NCBI GenBank assembly: GCA_963827275.1
Contig: CAWHAA010000004.1
Location: 576,001-640,000, forward strand
Direction: 5' to 3'
Origin: an uncultured Spirochaetota bacterium
Lineage (GTDB): Bacteria > Spirochaetota > UBA4802 > UBA5550
DNA: 64,000 nucleotides
In this document: positions 41,344-52,760 of the stretch, one piece after another
How positions within the stretch are numbered: the stretch's first letter is position 1
How the letters are laid out: the number at the start of each line of letters is the position of its first letter
Notes under the pieces: model-generated
What the model saw: the letters and a program-made list of their open reading frames with translations, nothing else
The model's database searches: none
Told to the model about the DNA's origin: nothing
Made by a program: the position numbers and the translations under genes

Positions 41344-42222
41344 GTGGATCAGGCTGCAAATCTCAGAAGATTGGTGCTCGAGTCCGACGCCAAAAAACAG
41401 AAAAAAACAAGGACGATCGCCATAACGAGCGGCAAGGGCGGCGTGGGTAAAACAAGCGTGGCGGTGAGCCTGTCGATCGCGCTCGCCCGCGGCGGCTCAT
41501 CGGTGACGCTCCTCGACGCGGACCTCGGCCTCGCCAACATCAATGTCATACTCGGCATAATACCGAAATACAATCTCTACCATGTCATAAAGGGCCAGAA
41601 GAAATTAAAGGACATAGTCATCGAGGTGCCCGAGGGGATCAAGATCATCGCCGGCGCCTCCGGGTTCCACCAGCTCGCCAACCTGGACCCCAAGCAGCGA
41701 AACGAGTTTATCGGGGCGGTTGCCGAGCTCGATTCGGACGACTACATGGTGGTGGACACCGGCGCGGGCGTTTCCCAGAACGTCCTCTCCTTTGTCATGG
41801 CCTCGGACGAGATCATCGTCGTGACCACTCCCGAGCCGACCGCCATAACCGACGCCTACGGCATCATCAAGTCGATCGCCGCCCAGTCGCCTGACAAGCT
41901 CATCAAGATTATCGTGAACCGGGTGCAGTCGGTGGCGGAAGGTAACCGGGTCGCGCAGCGGGTGATCAACATCGCCGGGCAGTTTCTCAATATTAAGGTC
42001 GAAAATCTCGGCTTCATATTCGACGACCTCTACGTCCCGAAGTCGGTGAGGAACCAGAAGCCGTTTATCGTGAGTTATCCGAAATGCAAGGCCGCCGCGT
42101 GCGTATCGATCATTGCTGACCGGATCAGCAACAGGTCGACCGGCCCGATCAAGGGCTCCGGCCTTGCCACCTTCTTTAAAAACCTCTTCGTATCGCATGA
42201 TGACGGGGAGAACGAGGAATAG
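41344..42222 (+). CDS. flhG: MinD/ParA-like ATPase FlhG/FleN
   Basis: DQAANLRR, SGKGGVGKT, DADLGLAN, TPEPTAITDAY. Confidence 0.95.
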   Translation: MDQAANLRRLVLESDAKKQKKTRTIAITSGKGGVGKTSVAVSLSIALARGGSSVTLLDADLGLANINVILGIIPKYNLYHVIKGQKKLKDIVIEVPEGIKIIAGASGFHQLANLDPKQRNEFIGAVAELDSDDYMVVDTGAGVSQNVLSFVMASDEIIVVTTPEPTAITDAYGIIKSIAAQSPDKLIKIIVNRVQSVAEGNRVAQRVINIAGQFLNIKVENLGFIFDDLYVPKSVRNQKPFIVSYPKCKAAACVSIIADRISNRSTGPIKGSGLATFFKNLFVSHDDGENEE

Positions 42223-42288
42223 AACAGGGTGTACCCATGAAGGATGGGTGAAAGTTTAGAGCGGCGCGAAGGGGTTTTACGGAACGAA

Positions 42289-42840
42289 ATGATCAGCCTT
42301 GATAAAATAACCATTGAATATAAATCCACCGTGCTGTTCGGATTCACGGCGCTGTTCCTGTCGTTCATCATCGGTTTTCTCGCCGGCGTCAGGTGGAACG
42401 TCGTTGTCCTGCGCTCGGTCCTCCTGATGGCGGTGTTCTCGGTCATCGGGTACGGCATCTGCGTCATCCTGAAAAAGTTCGTGCCCGAGGTGTACGGGAT
42501 CCTGGCTTCGCACCCCGCGCATGTGACTGAAGGCGCGCCGGGCGGCGAACCCGACATCGATATGCAGGATGGCGCACAGGCGGAATACGCCGGCGAAGAG
42601 GGAGGGGCGGAAACGGCACCGCTTATGGAGGGCGTTGAGCCGCCGCGCGGGGATGAGTTCAGGGAGCTTGAAAAGGACGGGCTCACCCACTATTCCACCG
42701 CCGCGGGCGGCGGGAGCGGGGTCCATACCCCGTCGGGCAAGCTGGGGAAGCATATACTTGAAAAGGAAAAGCTCGCGAAATATGAGCCGAAGATCATGGC
42801 CCAGGCGGTACGGACCATGATGGGCAAGGACAGAGAATAA
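42289..42840 (+). CDS. Hypothetical membrane protein in the flagellar cluster
   Basis: Two TM helices, acidic linker, C-terminal [12 protein letters not shown]; lies between flhG and fliA. Start uncertain (42244 or 42289). Confidence 0.75.
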   Translation: MISLDKITIEYKSTVLFGFTALFLSFIIGFLAGVRWNVVVLRSVLLMAVFSVIGYGICVILKKFVPEVYGILASHPAHVTEGAPGGEPDIDMQDGAQAEYAGEEGGAETAPLMEGVEPPRGDEFRELEKDGLTHYSTAAGGGSGVHTPSGKLGKHILEKEKLAKYEPKIMAQAVRTMMGKDRE

Positions 42841-42856
42841 CACCCGGGAACAGGAC

Positions 42857-43657
42857 ATGAACAATAAAAAATTTAAAGAGCTGGATACCGTCGGGGAAGA
42901 GAAGCTGTGGGAGAAGTTCATAAAGAACAGCGACCAGGACATTCGCGACTTCTTCGTGGTCAAGTACGCTCCCCTGGTGAAGTACGTTGCCGGGAAAATA
43001 TCGATGGGGATGCCGTCGAACATCGAGTTCGACGACCTGGTCTCCTACGGGATCTTCGGCCTGATCGACGCCATCACCAAGTTTGATCCTGACCGCGGGA
43101 TAAAGTTCAAGACCTACGCGATGACCCGGATCAGGGGGGCCATCTTTGACGAACTCCGCTCGATCGACTGGATCCCGCGGTCCATCCGCCAGAAGGCGAA
43201 GCAGGTGGAGCTGGTCATCACCGAGCTCGAGAACAAGCTGGGGAGGACCGTCGAGGACGAGGAGATAGCCCGCGAGCTCGGCGTGTCGCTCGATGAGTTC
43301 CAGACCCTCCTCTCGAAGCTTTCGGGAACGTCCATGCTTTCGCTGAACGACATATGGTACCTGGGCGACGACAGCGACGAGCTTTCCATACTCGAGACGC
43401 TGGAAGCGCCGGAGAACATGAACCCCGATGTTTTGATTGAAAAGCAGGAGATCCGTGATTATATTATAGATGCGATAAAGAAGCTCCCTGACAAGGAGAA
43501 GAAGGTCATCGTGCTCTATTACTATGAGGACCTTACGCTCAAGGAGATCGGCGATGTCCTGGAGGTCACGGAGAGCAGGGTCTCGCAGCTGCACACCAAG
43601 GCGATCATGAGGCTGCGCGGCCGGCTTGGCCGCATCAAGCAGAACATCGTCGGATAA
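42857..43657 (+). CDS. fliA: Flagellar sigma factor sigma28 (FliA/WhiG)
   Basis: [40 protein letters not shown]. Confidence 0.96.
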   Translation: MNNKKFKELDTVGEEKLWEKFIKNSDQDIRDFFVVKYAPLVKYVAGKISMGMPSNIEFDDLVSYGIFGLIDAITKFDPDRGIKFKTYAMTRIRGAIFDELRSIDWIPRSIRQKAKQVELVITELENKLGRTVEDEEIARELGVSLDEFQTLLSKLSGTSMLSLNDIWYLGDDSDELSILETLEAPENMNPDVLIEKQEIRDYIIDAIKKLPDKEKKVIVLYYYEDLTLKEIGDVLEVTESRVSQLHTKAIMRLRGRLGRIKQNIVG

Positions 43658-43682
43658 CGGCAGGCCGCACACCGAGGTTTCG

Positions 43683-45654
43683 ATGGCGAACATAAAAGAC
43701 GTATTAATGACCCTGGACGTGTCGGACGACCGCTCGGATGAAAATGCCGTCGAGGTCTACGCTGATTCGGTGGCGCACGCCCTCGAACTCGCGTCAAAGG
43801 ACCTGGGCATTGACGTGACCCTCCTTGATTACCAGATCATCGAAAAAGGGACCAGGGGCATCATGGGGATCGGGCGTGTCCCCTATCGCGTCCTGGTGAC
43901 CCCGCTGGCTGACCGTGCGGAGCAGGCGGAGCTGAGCGCGCTGGAGCGCAAGCTTACGCGCGAGCACACCGCGTCCATCTCCCCGAAGGCGGACGCTGAC
44001 GGGACGTTCCATGTCCGTGTCATCCGCTCGGGCATATGGCTTACCGTGACCCCGCCCCGCGGCAAGGGGGCCCCGGTGACGCTCGGAAGAGGTGAACAAC
44101 AAGCTCTATTCAATGAAGATCACGCTCCCTGACGAGGGAAAAATAGCGAAAGAGACCGCCCGGCCGAGCGGCAAGCCGATCAAGATAGGCCCGTGGACCG
44201 CCAACCCCGACAATGACGGCACCATCAGCCTAGAGGTGACCGATGACGAAATGAAGGTATTCGTGCACTTCAACCCTCCCCGCTACTCGGGCAAGCACAT
44301 GGAATATGACGAGGTCATCGACGCGCTGAAGAGGGCCGGCGTGAAGGTGGGCATACGGGAAAAGGAGATCAAGGCATACCTGGAGGAGATGGACTACACC
44401 AGGCCGCTTGTCGCGGCCGAGGGCGTGCGCATGGTGAACGGCAGGGACGCCTACATCGATTACAAGGTGCGCATCGAGAACAAAAACGTTTCCTTCGAAG
44501 AGGACGAATCGGGCAAGGTGGATTTCAGGAACCTCGAGCTCCTGGAGAACGTCGTCGTGGGACAGGTGCTGGCGGTCAAGGTCCCGGCGAACCAGGGGGT
44601 CCCGGGGCGCACCGTCACCAACCGGATCATACCCGCCAGGCCCGGCAAGGACGTGAAGATCCAGTACGGCAAGGGGACCATCCTCTCCCAGGACGGCACC
44701 GAGCTCACCGCGGAGATCAACGGGCAGGTGACCTTCAAGGTAGGGAGGATCAGCGTCGAGCCGATATATGTCGTGAACGGCGACGTTTCGCTTGAAACGG
44801 GGAACATCGTGTTCCTCGGATCGGTGATCATCGCCGGGAGCGTGCAGGACAATTTCGAGGTGAAGGCGGCCGGGAACATCGAGGTGCGGGGCACCGTGCA
44901 GAAGGCGTTCATCGAGGCCGAGGGCGATATCATCGTGTTCCAGGGCATCACGGGGCGCGAGCAGGCCAAGATCGAGTCCACGGGCGGCTCCATATTCGCG
45001 AAATTCATACAGAACGCGACCGTTATCGCGGAAGGCGACGTGATCGTGCCGGAAGGCATCATGCACTCGAACGTTGACGCGGGCGGGCGGGTCTGCACGA
45101 TGGGGAAGCGGGCGCGCATCGTCGGCGGCTTTATCCGGGCGGGCGACGAGGTAAACGCCCGGTTCCTCGGGACGGACGTCTCGACGAAGACCGATATACG
45201 GGTCGGCATCCATCCGAAATTGCTGCAGCAGCTCTCCGATCTCACCGGCATGAAGGAGAAGATCGTGGAGGAGCAGACCCAGCTCAAGCTGAATTTAAGA
45301 ACGCTCGAGACGCAGAAGAGAAACGCCGGCGGCAAGCTCCCGCCCGAGAGGGAGAAGCTCCTCAAGGACCTGCAGGCGCGGAACCAGAAGCTCAACGACC
45401 GGATGGAAGAGATCAAGGGCGAGCTGGAAGAGGTGAATTCCTACATCGGCATGATCGAGCACAAGGGCAAGGTCTGCGCGGAGCGCACGGCCTTTCCCGG
45501 TGTCGGCATCTATATCAAGGACAAGAGCTTCATTTTAAAGGACCCGTACAAGCATGTGAAATTTTCCATGCAGGGGGACCAGATCCGCATATCGGAATAC
45601 GAGGCGCCCGAGGGCGTTGAGGGCAGGATGATCATCACCCGGCGGAGGCGGTGA
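43683..45654 (+). CDS. fapA: FapA (DUF342) family protein with Jag-N-like N-terminus, split by a +1 frameshift near 44085
   Basis: ORFs 43626..44132 and 44092..45654 join; GKVDFRNL, GDVSLETGNIVF.G beta-helix repeats. Confidence 0.85.
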
Positions 45655-45663
45655 GGTCAGGCC

Positions 45664-45984
45664 ATGGCCATCCGACCGATAGATCTTCAGACGAACATGT
45701 CCCAGGTCACCGAGGTGGGGAAGGACGCCCAGGCGCGTACCGAGGCCGTGGTGCAGCAGCAGCATGGCCTCGAAAAGGAATCGGGGGAAAAAGCGCGCCT
45801 GGTGAACGAGCGTCTCGACGAGATGAAAAAGGGCGACAGCACCGTGATCAAAGACCAGCAGAAGAAGGGGGAGAAGAAACGGGAGCGGCAGGCAGAGGGC
45901 GCCGACACCGCGGGCGGCAAGAAAGCGCGCCGGGCGAGAAGCAGGGACGAACGCATGGGCAACATCATAGATATTCTGAAATAA
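45664..45984 (+). CDS. Hypothetical protein (flagellar cluster)
   Basis: MAIRPIDLQ...GNIIDI; RBS GAGG. Confidence 0.75.
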   Translation: MAIRPIDLQTNMSQVTEVGKDAQARTEAVVQQQHGLEKESGEKARLVNERLDEMKKGDSTVIKDQQKKGEKKRERQAEGADTAGGKKARRARSRDERMGNIIDILK

Positions 45985-46090
45985 ATGTTCTGCCGCATTA
46001 TGTGACATAATACCGGCCGGTCCGTCACCAGGGGAAGGAGGACGGCAGGCGACATTTCCCGTGCGTCACGGGTAATAACGAGGGACCATC

Positions 46091-46888
46091 ATGCAGTTTT
46101 TCTTTTTACTTCTTTTTAACGTTTTTCTCGGCGCGGTGCTCTATCTGGTTATCAGCCTGAAGCTGGAACGTTCCGCAACGGAGTTCAGGCAGCAGAGGCT
46201 CCGCAAGGAGATGGATGAAATAATCAAGGAGTTCAATGTCACCGCCGAGCGCAACATCACGCTCCTCGAGGGTAAAATCCGGGCACTCCGCCTGCTCCTT
46301 GAAAAGACGGGGGACATCCCGTCGCTCGACATCACCATAGAGGAACGGGAGACGGCCCAGGAGACAGAGCGCGGCGGCGCGGAACAGCGGGCAGGCGCCG
46401 GCGTGGCCGCCAACCTGATTGGACCAGGCGCCAAAACGAGCGCGCATGAAGGAGAGAACAATGCCGGGGCGCTTATAAAAAAAGGCTTGCTAATATTGTT
46501 TGATAAGGTTATATCTATTCCATTCAGGAGAACCGGCCCCGCCCCGCGCCTGGAAGAGCTTCCCGTCGGCAACGGAAGGGACGGGGTGGTATGGGAGCCC
46601 GAAGCGGCGCCGAAGGATGTCATGGCCCCGGGAGCCAACGCCATTATAGAAAAGGACCTGGGCGCTCCGCGGACCGTCAGCGCGGTCCAGCCGGAGAATA
46701 AAAAACTGATGACGGAAAATGACATCCTTGAAATAGTGGCCATGGCGGAAGACCGGTACCAGCTGGTTTCACTCCTGTCAGAGAAGGGCTGCGACATCGA
46801 GGATATTTCCCGGTATTCCGGGATGCCTGCCGGTGAGGTCCGGCTGGTGCTGAATCTCAGCAGGGAAGCCCCCGGGGGCCCCTGTTAG
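46091..46888 (+). CDS. Hypothetical membrane-anchored protein with C-terminal HTH-like motif
   Basis: N-terminal TM helix, coiled coil, C-terminal G.DIEDIS...GEVRLVLNL. Confidence 0.7.
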   Translation: MQFFFLLLFNVFLGAVLYLVISLKLERSATEFRQQRLRKEMDEIIKEFNVTAERNITLLEGKIRALRLLLEKTGDIPSLDITIEERETAQETERGGAEQRAGAGVAANLIGPGAKTSAHEGENNAGALIKKGLLILFDKVISIPFRRTGPAPRLEELPVGNGRDGVVWEPEAAPKDVMAPGANAIIEKDLGAPRTVSAVQPENKKLMTENDILEIVAMAEDRYQLVSLLSEKGCDIEDISRYSGMPAGEVRLVLNLSREAPGGPC

Positions 46889-47048
46889 TATTGCCCCGGG
46901 AAAAATAGTTTGCCATGCGCGGCGGGGACCGCGCATCGTCAGCGGGAACCATACATGCCCATGCCGGCCCGGCGCCATGACGGTTTTTCGCCATGCGGAA
47001 CGACGGGGAATATAAAAACAGATCATGCGATATCGGTGATAGACAGAT

Positions 47049-47942
47049 ATGCCATTGGATAATAATGTTTCGTTCAGGAGCGATTTCGGAGCGGACTCCG
47101 GGATCAAGCGGCTTACCGAGGAAGAGTTCAGCAAGTTCTCCAAGCTCATCTATGACGAAAGCGGCATCTACCTCAAGGACACGAAGATCACCCTCCTCTC
47201 GAACCGGCTGAGGAAGCGGCTTGTCGCGCTCAATATCCCCGAGTTTTCCGACTATTACAAGTATATCAATTCCCTCCCTCAGCGGGAAAAAGTCATCGAG
47301 TATGAAAAGATGCTGGACGTTGTCTCCACGAACGAGACATACTTTTTTCGAAATGAGCGCCATTTCGATGCGATGGTCCAGGAGTGCCTTCCGGAGATAG
47401 CGAAGATCAAAAAGGAGAAGAAGCTCCGCATCTGGAGCGCCGCCTGCTCAACGGGGGAGGAGCCCTACACGATCGCGATATGCGTGAAGGAGAACATGCA
47501 CCTTTTTCCCGGGTGGGACATCGAGATACTCGCGACCGATATCGCGCAGTCGGTCCTCGAGTACGCCCATGTCGGGGAATACTCCGGGAGAAGGATCGAA
47601 AAGGTGCCGCCGGAAATTCTGAAAAAGTATTTCACCGAGAAGAAGGACGAGCCGGGCGTGTTCCTTATCAGGGAAGATGTGAAAAAGCTGGTGCGGTTCT
47701 ATTACCATAATTTTTTCAAAAGCCAGTTCCCCAAGGATATTGACATCATTTTCTGCAGAAATGTGATGATCTACTTTGATAAAAAGCACCAGATGGATCT
47801 GGTGGCGAAATTTTACCAATCCATCCTCGATCACGGGTACCTGTTCATCGGCCATTCGGAGACCCTGCATTCGATATCCGAGGATTTCAGCTATAGAAAA
47901 ATCTTGGAAGCGCCGGTGTACGTGCCGAACCCGAGGAGATGA
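47049..47942 (+). CDS. cheR: Chemotaxis methyltransferase CheR
   Basis: TNETYFFR, IWSAACSTGEEPY, IFCRNVMIYF, GHSE. Confidence 0.97.
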   Translation: MPLDNNVSFRSDFGADSGIKRLTEEEFSKFSKLIYDESGIYLKDTKITLLSNRLRKRLVALNIPEFSDYYKYINSLPQREKVIEYEKMLDVVSTNETYFFRNERHFDAMVQECLPEIAKIKKEKKLRIWSAACSTGEEPYTIAICVKENMHLFPGWDIEILATDIAQSVLEYAHVGEYSGRRIEKVPPEILKKYFTEKKDEPGVFLIREDVKKLVRFYYHNFFKSQFPKDIDIIFCRNVMIYFDKKHQMDLVAKFYQSILDHGYLFIGHSETLHSISEDFSYRKILEAPVYVPNPRR

Positions 47943-47945
47943 CAG

Positions 47946-48425
47946 ATGGAATTTAAAATGATCAATGTTGGCATCGCCGATTTAAATGTCTCCGCATCTC
48001 CGGACATATTGCGGACCATCCTCGGCTCCTGCGTGGGGATCTGTCTCTATGACCGGGCCGCCGGGATCGGCGGGATGTCCCATATCATGCTCCCCTCCCT
48101 GAATGACAATTCCATGTCTGTAAAAAAGTACGCCGATACCGCCATACCGATGCTGGTCGAGGAGATGGAGAAGCGGGGCGCCGTGCGGGGCAGGATCACG
48201 GCAAAGATCGTCGGGGGCGCGAAGATGTTCAATGTTTCCGAAAACAGCATGATGGGCGAGATCGGCAGCAACAACGCGGCGAAGGTGCGCGACGTGCTGC
48301 GGGGCCTCGCCATCGAGATCCTTTCAGAAGACACCGGCGGCAATTACGGGCGCACGATCGATTTTTATCTTGAAACGGGTGTCGTCAGGATAAAGTCGAT
48401 GGGCAGAGAAGAAAAGACCATCTGA
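47946..48425 (+). CDS. cheD: Chemoreceptor glutamine deamidase CheD
   Basis: LGSCVG, HIMLP, KYADTA, GGAKMF, DTGG..GR. Confidence 0.96.
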   Translation: MEFKMINVGIADLNVSASPDILRTILGSCVGICLYDRAAGIGGMSHIMLPSLNDNSMSVKKYADTAIPMLVEEMEKRGAVRGRITAKIVGGAKMFNVSENSMMGEIGSNNAAKVRDVLRGLAIEILSEDTGGNYGRTIDFYLETGVVRIKSMGREEKTI

Positions 48426-48461
48426 CCGGCCGCGGTCCAATTTCATTCAGGGTGATGACGC

Positions 48462-49328
48462 ATGGAAAGCATGACTGGCTACGCATTCGCGGAAAAGAGC
48501 ACGGAGCAGTTTTCGTATTCGGTTGAGTTAAAGTCGCTCAATTCACGCTACCTGGAGATATACGTCAATCTCCCGAAGATCCTGAAGAACGAGGAGAACG
48601 GGCTCCACAACCTGCTCAAGCAGCGCTTCGGACGGGGCAAGCTGGAGCTGAATATCGACATTTTTGACTGGATCGTGACGAAGCCGATAGCCGTCAACTC
48701 GGACATGATCAGGAAGTATTTCCGCGAGCTCGAGCGGGTGCACCGCGATCTCGGCGTGAAGGAGCCGCTGCGCTTTGAATCGGTGCTGACCCTTGACGGC
48801 GTCAGCCAGCGTGAGCGCTCGGTGATCTCCCGGCAGTCGAGGTCCGACATATTCGAAAGCATCGACCGGGTCATTGAGAAGGCGATCGAAATGCGGGGGA
48901 AGGAGGGCGCCGCGATAAAGAAGGACCTCGCGTCCCTGGCGTCCGCCATCGCCGGGCACATCGGCGCGATCAAGACCCTTTCGAAGAACGCGGCGAAGGA
49001 TAAGAAAGAAGCCCTCAGGACGCGCATCGAGGCCCTCGCGGGGGCAAAGGCGGACGACGTGCGGCTTTTTACCGAGATCGCCATCCTTGCCGACAAGCTC
49101 GATATCAACGAGGAAATCGTCCGCTTCAAGGACCACATACAGAAGTTCAACGCCCTTCTGAAGAGCGGCGGGCAGATCGGGAAGAAGCTGGACTTCCTGG
49201 CCCAGGAGCTGTTCAGGGAGATCAACACCATCGGGTCAAAATCGAACAATGCCGAGATAGCGCACGTGGTGGTCGATGTGAAGAACCACCTTGAGATGAT
49301 ACGCGAGCATTGCAGGAACGTGGTATGA
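48462..49328 (+). CDS. yicC: YicC/YloC family endoribonuclease
   Basis: [41 protein letters not shown]. Confidence 0.93.
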   Translation: MESMTGYAFAEKSTEQFSYSVELKSLNSRYLEIYVNLPKILKNEENGLHNLLKQRFGRGKLELNIDIFDWIVTKPIAVNSDMIRKYFRELERVHRDLGVKEPLRFESVLTLDGVSQRERSVISRQSRSDIFESIDRVIEKAIEMRGKEGAAIKKDLASLASAIAGHIGAIKTLSKNAAKDKKEALRTRIEALAGAKADDVRLFTEIAILADKLDINEEIVRFKDHIQKFNALLKSGGQIGKKLDFLAQELFREINTIGSKSNNAEIAHVVVDVKNHLEMIREHCRNVV

Positions 49329-49576
49329 AAACAACACTGATAAACATCGGCTTCGGCAACGCCGTGGTCGCGGAGCGCGTGGTGGTGGTGATCACCCCCG
49401 CGTCCGCCTCGGGAAAGCGCCTGCGGGAGGAAGCGAAGGAAAACAGCCTCCTCATCGACGCGACCCACGGCAGGAAGACCAGGGCGATCATCGTCATGGA
49501 CAGCAACCATATCATCCTGTCGGCCATGCAGCCAGAGACAATCGCGAACCGGTTGATGAACCTTGAAAGCGAGTAG
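49325..49576 (+). CDS. remA: DUF370 / RemA family protein
   Basis: [29 protein letters not shown]. Confidence 0.92.
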   Translation: MKTTLINIGFGNAVVAERVVVVITPASASGKRLREEAKENSLLIDATHGRKTRAIIVMDSNHIILSAMQPETIANRLMNLESE

Positions 49577-50192
49577 CCCGTCATTCGTCATAAGCGCCCC
49601 GTCCGGGGCGGGAAAAACGACGCTTATCAATAAACTCCTTGCCGCTGATGAGCGGTTCGAATTTTCGATTTCGGTTACGACGCGGCCGTCGCGGCCGGGG
49701 GAATCGGACGGGAAGAGCTATTATTTTATCGGTGAGCCGGAGTTCAAGAAAATGATCGACGAGGGCGCCTTTGTCGAATGGGCGCTTGTCCACGGGAACT
49801 ATTATGGAACTGCGAAAAAAGAGATTGACAGAATTCGGAACGCTGGAAAAATCCCGATATTCGACGTGGACGTCCAGGGCGCCGCTTCCCTGAAAGGCAG
49901 GCTTGACCGCGCGGTGTACATTTTTATCGTGCCTCCCTCCCGGAAAGCGCTTGAAACGAGGCTTCGCAACCGGAAAACCGACTCTGAAGAACAGATACAG
50001 ATACGGATGCGGAACGCCATCAGGGAGCTGGCGGAGTACGCCAGATATGATTACGTCGTTATCAATGATGACCTCGAAACGGCCCTGGGGCAGTTGCGGT
50101 CGATAGTGACCGCGGAGTTATGCAGGAAAGAAGATGCGCACAATATAATTACCGGAATTCTGGAGGAGAAAAGTGATAATCCCGCTCGATAA
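49563..50192 (+). CDS. gmk: Guanylate kinase
   Basis: [30 protein letters not shown]. Confidence 0.96.
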   Translation: MKASSPSFVISAPSGAGKTTLINKLLAADERFEFSISVTTRPSRPGESDGKSYYFIGEPEFKKMIDEGAFVEWALVHGNYYGTAKKEIDRIRNAGKIPIFDVDVQGAASLKGRLDRAVYIFIVPPSRKALETRLRNRKTDSEEQIQIRMRNAIRELAEYARYDYVVINDDLETALGQLRSIVTAELCRKEDAHNIITGILEEKSDNPAR

Positions 50193-50386
50193 ATTGCTCA
50201 GATACAACAAGAATAAATATATATTTACCCGTGCCATCATGGAGGCCGTTGAAAAGATCGGCAACATGAAGACCTTCCCGGAAGACGAATCGAAATGGAA
50301 GGTCGTTCCCCACGTATTGAAGCTGATGCTCGACGAAGAGCGTGAAGTTTGAATACCACGAGGAACCAGAGAAGGAAAAGGAATAG
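50173..50386 (+). CDS. rpoZ: RNA polymerase omega subunit (not in the ORF track); apparent +1 frameshift near 50336
   Basis: GTG start after [27 protein letters not shown]...; lies directly after gmk. Removing one base gives ...LDESVKFEYHEEPEKEKE*. Confidence 0.7.
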
Positions 50387-50389
50387 GTA

Positions 50390-51328
50390 ATTACTACCCG
50401 CGGACAGGAACATATCAGGTATGCGGTCCTGGTGGGACCAACGGCAGTCGGCAAGACCGGCGTGTCGATGGAAGTCGCCGATGACGGACCCTTTGAGATA
50501 ATCTCGGCTGATTCCGTCCAGGTTTACAAGTATCTTGACATCGGCAGCGGAAAACCGTCGCGTGCCGATCGCGAGCGGGTGCGCCATTATCTCATTGACC
50601 GGGTCGAGCCGGACATTCCCTTTACCGCGGGGGATTTTTGCCGCGATGCGGCGGCGGCGGCGCGGGAGATCGTTTCGCGGGGCGCGTTGCCGCTTGTTGT
50701 CGGGGGAACGGGCCTCTACATCGATTCGTTTTTCCAGGGGCTCTCCGAGATCCCGGAGATCTCCCCGGGGACCAGGGACCGCGTCCGCGAGGAGCTGTCC
50801 TCGAGGGGCCTGGAGAGCCTGCATGAGGAATTGGTGCGCGTTGATCCCGGTTTCGGGAACCGCATACATCGCAATGATACGCAGAGGATAACGCGCGGGC
50901 TGGAAGTGTACCGCGAGACCGGCAGGCCGCTGTCGAGCTTTTATGAGAACAAGCGGCGTTATGGTTCGGACGAAACGCTGTACATCGGCCTGCGGGAGGA
51001 GCGCACGGCGCTGCGCGGGCTGATCGACCGGAGGGTCGACCGGATGATGGAGTTGGGGTTCGTGGACGAGGTCAGGTCCCTGAGGCAGCGGGGCTACGGT
51101 CCCGAACTCAAGTCGATGAGCTCAATCGGGTACGCGGAGATCAATTCGTACCTCGATGGCGGCATGGGCCTTGCGGAAGCGGTCGCGGCGATAAAGAACG
51201 TGACCCATAAATACGCCAAGCGCCAGATGACCTGGTTCCGCAAGAACAGGCGGGTCACCTGGTTCAGGTCCTCCGAGCTCAATGACATCCGTGGCCTGAT
51301 ACGCCGTTGGCGCGAGAGTGGCTCTTAG
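50390..51328 (+). CDS. miaA: tRNA dimethylallyltransferase (start uncertain)
   Basis: [33 protein letters not shown]. Confidence 0.95.
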   Translation: MTTRGQEHIRYAVLVGPTAVGKTGVSMEVADDGPFEIISADSVQVYKYLDIGSGKPSRADRERVRHYLIDRVEPDIPFTAGDFCRDAAAAAREIVSRGALPLVVGGTGLYIDSFFQGLSEIPEISPGTRDRVREELSSRGLESLHEELVRVDPGFGNRIHRNDTQRITRGLEVYRETGRPLSSFYENKRRYGSDETLYIGLREERTALRGLIDRRVDRMMELGFVDEVRSLRQRGYGPELKSMSSIGYAEINSYLDGGMGLAEAVAAIKNVTHKYAKRQMTWFRKNRRVTWFRSSELNDIRGLIRRWRESGS

Positions 51329-51365
51329 TAAATATAAATATAAAGAACAGGTAAGGGTTAAAACA

Positions 51366-51602
51366 ATGGCAGCTCAGTACAACAACTTGCAGGACCTATT
51401 TTTAAATACGGCACGAAAGGAAAAGATCGAGATAGGGATCTACCTTGTCAACGGCGTGCCGATCAAGGGGAAAGTGCTCAGCTTCGATAATTTCACTATC
51501 CTCATGGAAGTCGAGAAGAGGCAAAACCTCATCTACAAGCATGCGGTATCCACGATCGTGCCGTCGAGGCCGATACCGTATAAAGATGAAGATGATAAAT
51601 AA
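51366..51602 (+). CDS. hfq: RNA chaperone Hfq
   Basis: LQDLFLN..RK, YLVNG..KG...[14 protein letters not shown]; follows miaA. Confidence 0.95.
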   Translation: MAAQYNNLQDLFLNTARKEKIEIGIYLVNGVPIKGKVLSFDNFTILMEVEKRQNLIYKHAVSTIVPSRPIPYKDEDDK

Positions 51603-51611
51603 CCTCCCGGA

Positions 51612-52527
51612 GTGAAGGCCACAATGAAGAATTTTTTATTGAAAACAGTGCTCGTCGTTGCCATTTTCGGGATCGCATACGTCCTGTTTTTTTCGATAGA
51701 AAAGATCGGTGCGGCCCGGATCTGCGCAGTTGAAGACCTGCGCAGCAACAGGGTCGTGCGCCTTGTCGGCCCCGCCGTGGGCGATTACGCCTTTGTCTGG
51801 GAGGGGGCCCTGCCCTGGTGGTTCCTGGTCAGGGAGATCCCGGCGCAGCGGGTCGCGCATATCAGGGTAAAGGTCCCGGTCCCGGAACTGGAGCGCCTGA
51901 GCCAGGATTATTATCACGCCTGGGTCCCCCTGCGCGTGGCCTACCGGATCGACCCCGGCTCGTTCGCCGACGCGGCGCTCCTGGGAGACGGCGGACGCGG
52001 CGCGGACGACCTGGTGACGCGGTTTTTCCGGGACGGCCTGCAGCGCGAGCTGCAGCCCCAGCTTTCGCCGGTGTACCAGCGGGAGGCGCTGGTCGCCCGC
52101 AGGGACGTCCATCATCGACGCCGTGCGAAACGGGGTGGAGAAGGACTGCGCCGCGGCCGGGATACGCCTGGTTTCGGCGTCTCTGTCGGGCCCGCTCCTG
52201 CTCCCCGACCCCGCGGTGTACAACGAGGGGAGGCTCCATGCCGCCGAGTTGCGGAAGATGGACAGGGGCATCGAAGTGGGCATCATCGAATCAAGGTCAA
52301 AGGCCGAGAAGGACCGGCTCGTAAACGAGCAGTTTTATGGAAGGCTGAAAGAAATATCAAAGATCATCAGCGCCAATCCGGACATTTTGAAATATATTTA
52401 TATTGACAAATTGGGGGGCAATGTAAACGTGATACTTTCCTCGGACAGTACCGTCGTCCCCCCCCTGTTTGACAGGGACACAAAACCGGGGAAGGGAAAG
52501 CCCCGGGAAATAGATAATTTAAAATAA
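51612..52527 (+). CDS. Membrane-anchored SPFH/band-7-like protein, split by a +1 frameshift near 52110
   Basis: ORFs 51612..52406 and 52123..52527 join; N-terminal TM helix; C-terminal NPDILKYIYIDKL..NV.VI tail; occupies the hflKC-like position after hfq. Confidence 0.55.
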
Positions 52528-52602
52528 CGCACCTGCCGTTAACGGCGCGCGCCGGGCGGGTGTCAGATATTACAAGTATGGAGATGAAGTAAGGAGCTGC
52601 TT

Positions 52603-52695
52603 ATGCCCTGTGGGAGAAAGAAAAAAAGAAAAAAGATAGCTAATCACAAACGGAAAAAACGCAAAAGGGCGAACCGTCATAAAAAGAAGCTATAG
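52603..52695 (+). CDS. Small basic protein, DUF1713/AURKAIP1-COX24 (bS22/mS38-like)
   Basis: RBS AAGGAG; MPCGRKKKRKKIANHKRKKRKRANRHKKKL; followed by a terminator hairpin. Confidence 0.85.
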   Translation: MPCGRKKKRKKIANHKRKKRKRANRHKKKL

Positions 52696-52704
52696 CATGA
52701 AGTG

Positions 52705-52748
52705 AAAGAGATTGGGACAGCCCGTAACACGCCAATCTCTTTTATTTT
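52705..52748 (+). terminator. Intrinsic terminator
   Basis: aaagagattgg...ccaatctcttt followed by T-rich sequence. Confidence 0.6.
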
Positions 52749-52760
52749 CACTGGTATCAC

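Noticed and set aside
31852..46011. Shared 12-mer attatgtcacat upstream of fliL and (inverted) at 46000 as a common operator
   Set aside because: One 12-bp match within 64 kb is expected by chance, and no third copy was seen.
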